20,920 nt of DNA from Candidatus Eiseniibacteriota bacterium. Its GTDB lineage: Bacteria > Joyebacterota > Joyebacteria > Joyebacterales > Joyebacteraceae. The stretch lies in contig JBDRFG010000170.1 of the NCBI GenBank assembly GCA_043819135.1, positions 1-20,920 of the forward strand, written 5' to 3'. Position numbers and translations under genes: made by a program. Every line of letters starts with the position of its first letter. Within the stretch, counting starts at the first letter, position 1. Below, piece by piece: positions 1-7,773 of this stretch. The notes under the pieces were generated by a model that saw only the letters and a program-made list of their open reading frames with translations, searched no databases and was not told the origin of the DNA.

Positions 1-252
1 AACCTGGAGAGAGCGGTGCGCCACCGTGACTCCCGTCCGCACGAACAGAAGCTCTACAGGATCATGGTGGGAGGAGCGAACCTCGCGCTCGCCGTGATGC
101 TGTTCTACGGTGCCTCGAGGTACTTCGATCTGGTCGTGCCGCGATTCGGGCACCGCTTCGTGTACGTGCCGGTGCTGATGTGCGGCACGGCAGTGTGGGC
201 GATGACGAGGGGTCTCTTGGTCCTTTTCAGGAGGGAGCGTGGGAGTCGCTGA
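1..252 (+). CDS. Small membrane protein with 2 TM segments, possibly 5'-truncated by the window edge
   Basis: Frame is open from base 1 (NLERAVRHRD...), with an in-frame GTG at 16. Two hydrophobic stretches (IMVGGANLALAVMLFYGA; FVYVPVLMCGTAVWAMTRGLLVLF). The stop overlaps the start of the next gene. Confidence 0.55.
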   Translation, partial: NLERAVRHRDSRPHEQKLYRIMVGGANLALAVMLFYGASRYFDLVVPRFGHRFVYVPVLMCGTAVWAMTRGLLVLFRRERGSR

Positions 253-1504
253 ACCGCCGGGATCGGGCAGACGGGGAGTCGTCGCGTTCGACGTGGACGG
301 GGTGCTCCTGCAGGGGCTCTTCCTGTCGAGAGTCGCCAGCACCACGAGCGCGTGGATCTGGATCCGGAGCATGTGGCTCGGTTTCCTGCTCAAGGTAGGC
401 GCGCTCGACATCCGCCAAGTCGTGGAGCGTGCGTACGCCTTCCAGCGCGGCGTACCGCTCAAGCAACTCCTGAGCGTGGGCGACTCGCTGCACCTGGCGC
501 ACGGGGCGCGCAAGTTGTGCGCGAAGCTCCGGGAGGTCGGCTACCACGTCGTGCTGGTCAGCGCGGGGGTCCCGCAGCAGGTGGTCGAGCGCATCGCCTC
601 CCACGTAGGCGCCGACGGCGCCTACGGCGTCCTGCTCGAGGAGGTCGACGGTGTTCTCACCGGCCGCCTTCTGGGAGACCGGCACTCCGCGCGCGGGAAG
701 AGACGGGGCCTCGAGCGGATGCTCCGCGAGCAGGGCTTCGCCTGGTCGGACGCCACGGTCGTCGTCGATGACGGCAGTAACCGCGACATAGTGGCGGCCG
801 CCTGGCGCAGCATCGGCGTCAATCCGGAATGGCGCATACTGCGGAAGGCGGACTTCGTCGTCTACACCAGAGACCTCTACGAGATCCTCGAGTTCTTCCC
901 GGAGGGGTACAAGGTCGGCGTCACTCTGCGGCAGACGGCCATACTTCACGAGGCGTTCCGGAAAGCGATCCACTCGTGTTCGATCGCCGTCCCGATCCTG
1001 GCGACATGGTGGAAGACGCCGACGCTCTGGCTCGTTGGCCTGGTGACGATCATGTACCTTGTCTCGGAAGTGATGAGGCTCCTGGGGGTGGCGGTGCCCG
1101 TCTTCTCAGCGATCACATGGCGCGCCATGCGCCCTACGGAACCCCGTACGGTCGTGGTGGGGCCTTTCCTCTTCGGGGTGGGCATTTTCAGCGTTGTAGC
1201 GTTCTTCGAGCCCGCTGCGGCGACCGTTGGCGTGCTGGTCCTCGCTATCGGGGACAGCGCCGCCAGTCTCGTGGGGCGCGCCTTCGGGAACACCACTCTG
1301 CCCTACAATCCGGGCAAGACGGTCCTGGGCTCACTTTCCCTGTTCGCAGTAGGCGTACTTGTTGCTATATTCTTTGTCTCTGTGCCATGGGCCATCCTCG
1401 TGGGCGCGGTGGCCAGTCTGGTCGAATCGCTTCCGCTGGGACCGAGCGACAATCTTCTGCTCCCGCTGGCCACTGCAGGCATCGTGACACTGGCGCTGAC
1501 GTAG
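239..1504 (+). CDS. Fusion: N-terminal HAD-IB (SerB-like) phosphatase plus C-terminal CTP-dependent dolichol/phytol/diacylglycerol kinase-family membrane domain
   Basis: HAD motifs: AFDVDGVL (I), VLVSAG (II), K in ARGKRR (III), VVDDGSNRD (IV-like). C-terminal multi-TM domain has EAFRKAIH, IGDSAASLVGRAFG, PGKTVLGS and ESLPLGPSDNLLLP, typical of Sec59/Dgk1/VTE5-type kinases. GGAG upstream of the GTG. Confidence 0.8.
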   Translation: MGVAEPPGSGRRGVVAFDVDGVLLQGLFLSRVASTTSAWIWIRSMWLGFLLKVGALDIRQVVERAYAFQRGVPLKQLLSVGDSLHLAHGARKLCAKLREVGYHVVLVSAGVPQQVVERIASHVGADGAYGVLLEEVDGVLTGRLLGDRHSARGKRRGLERMLREQGFAWSDATVVVDDGSNRDIVAAAWRSIGVNPEWRILRKADFVVYTRDLYEILEFFPEGYKVGVTLRQTAILHEAFRKAIHSCSIAVPILATWWKTPTLWLVGLVTIMYLVSEVMRLLGVAVPVFSAITWRAMRPTEPRTVVVGPFLFGVGIFSVVAFFEPAAATVGVLVLAIGDSAASLVGRAFGNTTLPYNPGKTVLGSLSLFAVGVLVAIFFVSVPWAILVGAVASLVESLPLGPSDNLLLPLATAGIVTLALT

Positions 1505-1560
1505 CGCTTCTCGAAGAAGCCCAGATCGCGCACCCGCGGCATGCGGGTCGAGGAGGAAGA

Positions 1561-2853
1561 GTGCTCAAGGAGAAACTCCTGTCCAAGGAAGCACGCCTGG
1601 GAGTGATAGGTCTCGGGTATGTCGGGCTGCCGCTGTCCATGGAATTCGCTCGCGCGGGCTTCCACGTGACAGGGATCGACACCGATACCAGGAAGGTGCG
1701 GATGCTGGGAGAGGGCGAGTCCTACATTCAGGACGTACCCAGCGAGCGGGTCAGGGAGGCGCTGGACGCGGGGGTGTTCGAGGCCACGACCGATTTCGAG
1801 GTTCTGCGGACGCTGGACGCCGTAGACATCTGCGTACCCACTCCGCTCAGGAAGACCAGGGATCCGGACATCTCCTACGTGAGATCCGCGGTGGCCGAGA
1901 TCGTCAAGTATCTCCATCCGCAGATGCTCGTGATCCTCGACAGTACCACGTATCCCGGCACCACCGACGAGGTCATCCTGTCGAGGCTGGAGACCACGGG
2001 GCTTCAAGTGGGGGAGGACTTCTACCTCGCGTTCTCTCCCGAGCGTGTCGATCCAGGAAACAAGGAGTGGAACACACGGAACATTCCCAAGGTCGTCGGA
2101 GGTGTGACGCCCGCGTGCACGGAACACGCGGCGCTTCTGTACAAGCAGACTCTCGGTCCGGTAGTGCCTGTCTCTTCGACGAAGGTCGCCGAGATGGTGA
2201 AGCTGCTGGAGAACACCTTCCGAAGCGTGAACATCGGTCTGGTGAACGAACTCGCGCTCATGAGCGACCGGATGGGCATCGACGTCTGGGAGGTCATCGA
2301 CGCGGCCGCGACCAAGCCGTTCGGCTTCATGCCGTTCTACCCGGGACCGGGACTCGGCGGCCACTGTATTCCCATCGACCCGTTCTATCTGTCGTGGAAG
2401 GCGAAGGAGAGCGGATTCGAGGCGCGGTTCATCGAACTGGCTGGAGTGATCAACGCCAGCATGCCCTATCACGTCGTTTCCAAGATCGTGGACAGCCTGA
2501 ACGAGAACCGCAAGCCCCTCAAGGGTTCGAAGGTCCTGATCCTTGGGGCGGCCTACAAGGAGGACATCGACGACGTCCGGGAAGCGCCGGCGCTCGACAT
2601 CATGAAGCTCCTGCACGAGAAGGGGGCCATCGTGTCGTACTCCGACCCCTTCGTCCCGACTCTCAACGAGGGTGGTGTCTCGCTGAGCAGCCAGGAGCTG
2701 ACGCAGGCTTTGCTCCGCGACGTCGACTGCATCGTCATCACGACGGCGCACACGACCGTCGACTACACGGCCGTGGTCGACGCGGGCACCCCGATAGTCG
2801 ACACGCGGAACGCACTGAAGGGCTTCAATGCGGATCACATTCTGAAACTCTAG
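1561..2853 (+). CDS. Nucleotide-sugar 6-dehydrogenase (UDP-GlcNAc/ManNAc dehydrogenase, WbpA/WecC-like)
   Basis: GVIGLGYVGLP Rossmann motif, ICVPTP, FSPERVDPGN, KLLENTFRSVNI, catalytic GGHCIPIDP, AYKEDIDDVRE. Start placed at GTG 1561, behind GAGGAGG. Confidence 0.92.
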   Translation: MLKEKLLSKEARLGVIGLGYVGLPLSMEFARAGFHVTGIDTDTRKVRMLGEGESYIQDVPSERVREALDAGVFEATTDFEVLRTLDAVDICVPTPLRKTRDPDISYVRSAVAEIVKYLHPQMLVILDSTTYPGTTDEVILSRLETTGLQVGEDFYLAFSPERVDPGNKEWNTRNIPKVVGGVTPACTEHAALLYKQTLGPVVPVSSTKVAEMVKLLENTFRSVNIGLVNELALMSDRMGIDVWEVIDAAATKPFGFMPFYPGPGLGGHCIPIDPFYLSWKAKESGFEARFIELAGVINASMPYHVVSKIVDSLNENRKPLKGSKVLILGAAYKEDIDDVREAPALDIMKLLHEKGAIVSYSDPFVPTLNEGGVSLSSQELTQALLRDVDCIVITTAHTTVDYTAVVDAGTPIVDTRNALKGFNADHILKL

Positions 2854-2878
2854 CGACCGTCGCCGATTGGAGCGCACG

Positions 2879-3808
2879 ATGTCAGTTATGCTCGTTACGG
2901 GTGGGGCGGGTTTCATCGGGTCGCACATTGCCGAGAGGCTTCTCGAACTCGGCCACGACCTGAGGATCCTGGACAACTTCTCTACGGGCAGGCGGGAGAA
3001 CCTCTCGTCGTTCGAGGATGGGATCGAGATCATAGAAGCGGACCTCCGCGACGTGTCGAGTGTCGAGCGTGCCGTCAAGGGAGTGGAGTTCGTCTTTCAC
3101 GAGGCCGCGCTTGCCTCGGTCCCTCGGTCGGTCTCAGACCCCGTTTCCTGCAACGAGGTGAACGTTACAGGAACGCTCAACCTGTTGGTCGCGAGCCGCG
3201 GCGCGGGCGTGCGGCGTGTGGTCTATGCCTCGTCCTCCTCGGTGTACGGGGACGACCCCGAGCTTCCCAAGCGAGAGAACATGACCCCGTCGCCGGAATC
3301 TCCGTACGCGGTGAGCAAGCTGGCTGCTGAGAACTACTGCCGGGCCTTCTCCTCGCTGTATGGTCTCGAGTGCGTGTCTCTCCGCTACTTCAACGTGTTC
3401 GGACCGAGACAGGACCCGGGATCGGAGTACTCGGCCGTGGTGCCTCTCTTCTTGACCGCGCTTTTCGAGGGAAGGCAGCCGGTCATCTACGGCGACGGCG
3501 AGCAGTCGAGGGATTTCACCTACGTGGCCAACGTCGTGGATGCGAACATTCTGGCGCTGTCCGCCGATGGCGCCGCCGGAGAGACCTTCAACATCGCCTG
3601 CGGTTGCACGGCCACCGTCAACGAACTGCTTTCCAGGTTGCAGGGAATCACCGGCGCCTCGCTCACTGCTCGCCACGAGGACGCGCGGCCCGGGGACGTC
3701 AAGCACTCGTTCGCGGACATCTCGAAGGCCAAGGATGTGCTCGGCCTTGCCCCGAAGGTCTCGTTCGAAGACGGGCTGACGCTCACGGTCGACTGGTTCC
3801 GTTCGTAG
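2879..3808 (+). CDS. NAD-dependent nucleotide-sugar 4-epimerase/dehydratase (extended SDR, WbpP/GalE-like)
   Basis: VTGGAGFIGSH, HEAALASVPRS, YASSSSVYG, YAVSK (YxxxK), LRYFNVFGPRQ, GDGEQSRDFTYV. ATG 2879 follows GGAG. Confidence 0.92.
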   Translation: MSVMLVTGGAGFIGSHIAERLLELGHDLRILDNFSTGRRENLSSFEDGIEIIEADLRDVSSVERAVKGVEFVFHEAALASVPRSVSDPVSCNEVNVTGTLNLLVASRGAGVRRVVYASSSSVYGDDPELPKRENMTPSPESPYAVSKLAAENYCRAFSSLYGLECVSLRYFNVFGPRQDPGSEYSAVVPLFLTALFEGRQPVIYGDGEQSRDFTYVANVVDANILALSADGAAGETFNIACGCTATVNELLSRLQGITGASLTARHEDARPGDVKHSFADISKAKDVLGLAPKVSFEDGLTLTVDWFRS

Positions 3809-3868
3809 GCGCTTCCGTTCGAGAGACACGTGTCACGCTCGTGCGCGCTGTCAACCGGGAGGCAGACT

Positions 3869-5263
3869 GTGAAGAGAGTCTGGATTCTCGACACCGACGA
3901 GTCGTCGGCCGACGAACTCGTTAACGCACTGTCCACTCTGGCATACGACATCGCCGTCTGGACGGCTCCCCGTGACATGCTCGAATCCCTGGGTGACGAC
4001 GTCCCGGATGTTGTGGTCCTGGAGCACGGGCTTGAGGGGAGCGACGCGGTCGATGTCCTGCGTGAGGTCAAGACGGTGGGTGGCCGCGTACCCGTCATTG
4101 TGGTGGCGCGACGCACAAGCAGCCAGGGTGCCATCGAGTCGATGCGCGAGGGAGCGTACGACTACCTGCCGCGAGAGACGCTTCCGTCGGGACTGGAGGA
4201 CGCCGTAAGGCGCGCTCTCTCCCGGGACGGCGGCATGATACGCACCGTGGGCTCGCCCGGGCCTGGGGACGTGGCAGATCTCGGGGCCATAATCGGCAGA
4301 ACGCCGGAGATGGTCGAGATCCACAAGCTGATCGGCCAGGTCGCGGCCACCGACGCCTCGGTGCTTGTGCACGGCGAGTCGGGAACGGGCAAGGAACTCA
4401 TCGCCAGGGCCATTCACTACAACAGCGGAAGGCGCAAGTGCCCATTCGTGGCCGTGAACTGCGCGGCGCTGCCGGGCGACACGCTGGAGACCGAGCTCTT
4501 CGGCGGGCGTGCCGCAGGGGGGCAGGACGTGCCCGGGCGGTTCGAACAGGCGCGCGACGGGACCATCTTCCTCGACGAGATAAGCGAGAGCAGTCTCGCG
4601 GTGCAGGGCAGGATACTCACCGTGATGGAGGACGGATTCTACGAGCGCCCGGGGACCAGGGCGAAATCGAAGCTCGACGTGAGGGTCATAGCGGCGACGG
4701 GACAGAGCCTGGTCAACCGCATGAAGGACGACCTGTTCCGGGTCGACCTCTTCTACCGGCTGAAGGTCATTTCCATATACATACCGCCGCTCAGGGAGAG
4801 GCGTGACGACATTCAGGTGCTGGCCGAGCACTTCCTGGAACGGACCCGGGCGAAGATGCAGAAAGAGATCAGCGGCATGACGCCGGCTGCGCTCGAGACG
4901 CTCGAGAACTACCCCTGGCCCGGCAACGTGCGCGAACTCGAGCAGGCCATCCAGCACGCGGTCACACTGAACAGGACGGGCGTCCTTGCCGTGGAGGACC
5001 TCGAGATCTCGCGTGGCCTCGAGATGGACGTTCTCGACGTGTCGGGCGCGGAGGGGGAGATGGCGCGATGCGTGCGGGACCGGTTCAGGAGCCGCTCGGA
5101 GGCAGGTGAGGAGGGGATCAGCGACGGCATCGTGTCCGAGATTGAGGCGGTTCTGGCTCATGAGGCGCTGGAGATGTCGGGGGGAAAACAGGTGAAGGCA
5201 GCCAAGCTCCTTGGGATCAGCAGGAATACGTTGAGAAAGCGTCTGTCCGGGAGGGAATCGTGA
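3869..5263 (+). CDS. NtrC-family REC-AAA+-Fis HTH regulator, atypical (pseudo-receiver, no GAFTGA)
   Basis: Walker A GESGTGKE, Walker B IFLDEI, DLFYRL, WPGNVREL and C-terminal HTH AAKLLGISRNTLRKRL. GTG 3869 follows GGGAGG. Confidence 0.88.
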   Translation: MKRVWILDTDESSADELVNALSTLAYDIAVWTAPRDMLESLGDDVPDVVVLEHGLEGSDAVDVLREVKTVGGRVPVIVVARRTSSQGAIESMREGAYDYLPRETLPSGLEDAVRRALSRDGGMIRTVGSPGPGDVADLGAIIGRTPEMVEIHKLIGQVAATDASVLVHGESGTGKELIARAIHYNSGRRKCPFVAVNCAALPGDTLETELFGGRAAGGQDVPGRFEQARDGTIFLDEISESSLAVQGRILTVMEDGFYERPGTRAKSKLDVRVIAATGQSLVNRMKDDLFRVDLFYRLKVISIYIPPLRERRDDIQVLAEHFLERTRAKMQKEISGMTPAALETLENYPWPGNVRELEQAIQHAVTLNRTGVLAVEDLEISRGLEMDVLDVSGAEGEMARCVRDRFRSRSEAGEEGISDGIVSEIEAVLAHEALEMSGGKQVKAAKLLGISRNTLRKRLSGRES

Positions 5264-5841
5264 CGGCACGGGCCGTTCGGAATCGGTTCGTGAGAGCCGC
5301 CACTGGATCGATCGTCACCGCCCCGGCGAACGTCATCGCGCTGCCCGTTGCGGCGCTCGTCGCCACTGCGCTCGTGTTCACCTTCGCCGGCTGCTCGCAC
5401 TACAGCTTCTCATCCGCCGTGAAGACACACATCTCGACTGTCGCCGTGCCGGTTCTCGTGAACGAGACGCTCGAATACGGGGCCGAGCAGGGTGTGACGG
5501 ACGCCTTGATCACGGAGTTCACCGAGAACAATGCCCTGAGAGTTGTCGGCGAGGAAGAGGCGGATTCCATTCTGAGAGGGGCGGTGGTTCTCTACGAGCG
5601 TCCGGTGATCTCCTACGACGCATCCGGGAACCCGAGGGAATACAAGGTCCGCGTCGTGGCCAGGCTGTCCTACGAGGACCTCAGCAGGAACGAAGTAGTG
5701 TGGGAGGACGAGGTCGAGGGGTGGGCCGTCTACTCCGAGGCGGGGGAGGGGGGCGACCTGTCCACCGAAGAGGAGGCGCGGGAGTACGCGTTCGAGAAGC
5801 TCGCGCAGGACGTCCTGTCCAAGACCGTGCAGGGATGGTAG
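5260..5841 (+). CDS. lptE: LptE-family LPS-assembly lipoprotein
   Basis: Hydrophobic signal ending in lipobox FAGC, then HYSFS...ISTVAVPVLVNET...VTDAL...EADSILRG, ending ...DVLSKTVQGW. Lies directly upstream of holA. GTGA overlap with the previous stop; exact start uncertain. Confidence 0.7.
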   Translation: MTARAVRNRFVRAATGSIVTAPANVIALPVAALVATALVFTFAGCSHYSFSSAVKTHISTVAVPVLVNETLEYGAEQGVTDALITEFTENNALRVVGEEEADSILRGAVVLYERPVISYDASGNPREYKVRVVARLSYEDLSRNEVVWEDEVEGWAVYSEAGEGGDLSTEEEAREYAFEKLAQDVLSKTVQGW

Positions 5842-5915
5842 GCGGACGGTGAGCCGACGCGTCCAGGCACGCGGGCGCCTGGGTGTCCGGCGCCACTCAC
5901 GGAACATGGGTTAAC

Positions 5916-6908
5916 ATGACATTCGCGGAATTTCAGAGAGCGCTGGCCGACAATTCGTTGCCGCCCGTGCTCGTCTTCCACGGGGACGAACCCTTCCTGG
6001 CGAGTCTGGGCGTCGACCTGTTGAAGAAGCACCTGCTGTCTCCCGGAAGCGAGGCGTTCGACTTCGTCAGTCTGTCGGGGAGCGAGACGACGGCCGAGGC
6101 CGTCGTCGCTCACGCGGCCACGGTGCCCATGCTGTCCGAGAGGCGGGTAACGGTTGTCTACGAGTTTCTCGGGCTGGCCCCGTCCCAGCGGACGCAGCTT
6201 CTCGCCTACGTCAGGAACCCGGTGCCGAGCGCCTGCGTGGCCCTCGTGAGCTTCGAGCGACTGACCGGCAAGAACAAGTTCGAGCGGGATCTTCTGGACG
6301 AGGCCGAGTCCGTCGACTGCGGGCGGCCCTCGGGCGAGAGGCTCACGGCCCTGGTGAAGCGGATGTCCGAGAAGAGGGGCAGGAGGATCGAGGACGCCGC
6401 GGTCTCGGCCCTCGTCGACTGGACCGACGGCAGGCTCAACAGGATCGCCAACGAACTGGACAAGCTGGACTGCTTCGCAACCGAGGGTTCGTCGATCGGG
6501 CTCGAGGAGGTCGAGACGATTGTGGGCGCCAGAACGTCCGGGCTGCGCGACCTGGCCGTGGCGATCGCCGAGCGGAAAACGGGGACGGCGCTTGCGCTTC
6601 TCGACGAACTGGTGGACGGTGGAATGAACGAGGCGCAGCTGGTCTCGCAGCTCTACGGCTGCTGGATCTCGCTCTGGCTGGCCAGGACCGGCGGCGGTGG
6701 AGGTTCGCGCGGCTACGCGGCTGGTTCCTACGACCGGTTCTGGCCGAATCGTCGCGAGCTGGTCGAGCTGGCGTCCGGCCGAACCTCCAGGGACTACGCT
6801 CGAGGCATAGGACGATTCTACAGGGCCGACGTCGACATCAGGCGAGGCATGCCCCCCGGCCCCACGGTGGGTCTCCTCGTGTACGAACTCGCCGCGGGCA
6901 CGCGCTAG
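5916..6908 (+). CDS. holA: DNA polymerase III delta subunit
   Basis: LPPVLVFHGDEPFL N-terminus, ATVPMLSERRVTVV, DGRLNRIANELDKL, and C-terminal D-x-x-x-R-x-G helix. About 330 aa. Start is ATG 5916 or GTG 5883. Confidence 0.85.
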   Translation: MTFAEFQRALADNSLPPVLVFHGDEPFLASLGVDLLKKHLLSPGSEAFDFVSLSGSETTAEAVVAHAATVPMLSERRVTVVYEFLGLAPSQRTQLLAYVRNPVPSACVALVSFERLTGKNKFERDLLDEAESVDCGRPSGERLTALVKRMSEKRGRRIEDAAVSALVDWTDGRLNRIANELDKLDCFATEGSSIGLEEVETIVGARTSGLRDLAVAIAERKTGTALALLDELVDGGMNEAQLVSQLYGCWISLWLARTGGGGGSRGYAAGSYDRFWPNRRELVELASGRTSRDYARGIGRFYRADVDIRRGMPPGPTVGLLVYELAAGTR

Positions 6909-6910
6909 CG

Positions 6911-7624
6911 ATGCCGGCGCGGCCGGGCTCCACTCGGCAACGGCTGGCTCGCGTCGGGAAGTCTCTCGAAGGCGCGTACGGCAGGCCCGAGCACCGCAGC
7001 CGGCGGGACCTCATCGCCGGACTCGTCGGGACCATCCTCTCTCAGAACACGACGGACGCGAACTCGCGCGGGGCCTTCCGGAGTCTCAGGGAGCGATTTC
7101 CGGATTGGGGTCAGGTCGAGCGCGCGAACGTGCGCTCGATAGAGTCCGCCATCCGGAGCGGCGGCCTCGCACGGACGAAGGCCAGGACGATCAAACGCGT
7201 TCTGCGTGACATTCTCGCGAGCACCGGCAAGCTCGATCTCGGCTTCCTCAGACGCATGTCCGACGACGAGGTGTTCGACTACCTTCTCGCGTTCGACGGA
7301 GTGGGCCTGAAGACCGCCGCCTGCGTTGCCCTGTTCGACCTTGGGCGGGACGTCATGCCCGTGGACACGCACGTGCACCGCGTGGTAAGCCGGCTGGGCG
7401 TGTTGGGGCATCCCCGGAGCAGAGATGCCACGTTCGAGATCCTGAGAGAGGTCGTCCCGCCAGGGGAGTCTCTCTCTCTGCACGTGAACACCATCCGTCT
7501 GGGACGGACGCTCTGCCGCCCGCGCGACCCGGACTGCGCCGCCTGTCCTGTCAGGGCGGGGTGCGATTTCGGGCGGTCTCGAGACGCCACCGAGCGTTCA
7601 GGAATCCCGCCAGAAATGGCTTGA
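6911..7624 (+). CDS. nth: Endonuclease III-like HhH-GPD DNA glycosylase with 4Fe-4S motif
   Basis: TILSQNTTD, HhH DGVGLKTAACV, PVDTHVHRV, and CRPRDPDCAACPVRAGC (C-x6-C-x2-C-x5-C). Confidence 0.9.
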   Translation: MPARPGSTRQRLARVGKSLEGAYGRPEHRSRRDLIAGLVGTILSQNTTDANSRGAFRSLRERFPDWGQVERANVRSIESAIRSGGLARTKARTIKRVLRDILASTGKLDLGFLRRMSDDEVFDYLLAFDGVGLKTAACVALFDLGRDVMPVDTHVHRVVSRLGVLGHPRSRDATFEILREVVPPGESLSLHVNTIRLGRTLCRPRDPDCAACPVRAGCDFGRSRDATERSGIPPEMA

Positions 7625-7650
7625 CGGGGCTTCCCTGCCTGTGTTAATCA
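7621..7650 (+). promoter_or_regulatory. Possible sigma70-type promoter for the OmpP1-like gene
   Basis: TTGACG at 7621-7626 and an AT-rich TGTTAATCA at 7642-7650. The -10 match is imperfect. Confidence 0.3.
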
Positions 7651-7773
7651 AATACGAGCGGTCCCGTGCCGCCGCGCCCTGGCGCGGCTGTCGGCGGGAT
7701 GCCTGCGCTTGTATCAGCGCGCGTGGCCGGACCGTGCCCCCGAGCATTTCGTCGCTTGAGAGGAGGATGCGTG

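Noticed and set aside
829..1560. Apparent 244-aa N-terminal extension on the nucleotide-sugar dehydrogenase (ORF 829-2853)
   Set aside because: It overlaps the real HAD-kinase gene in another frame and has low-complexity R/G/P composition. A strong RBS precedes GTG 1561.
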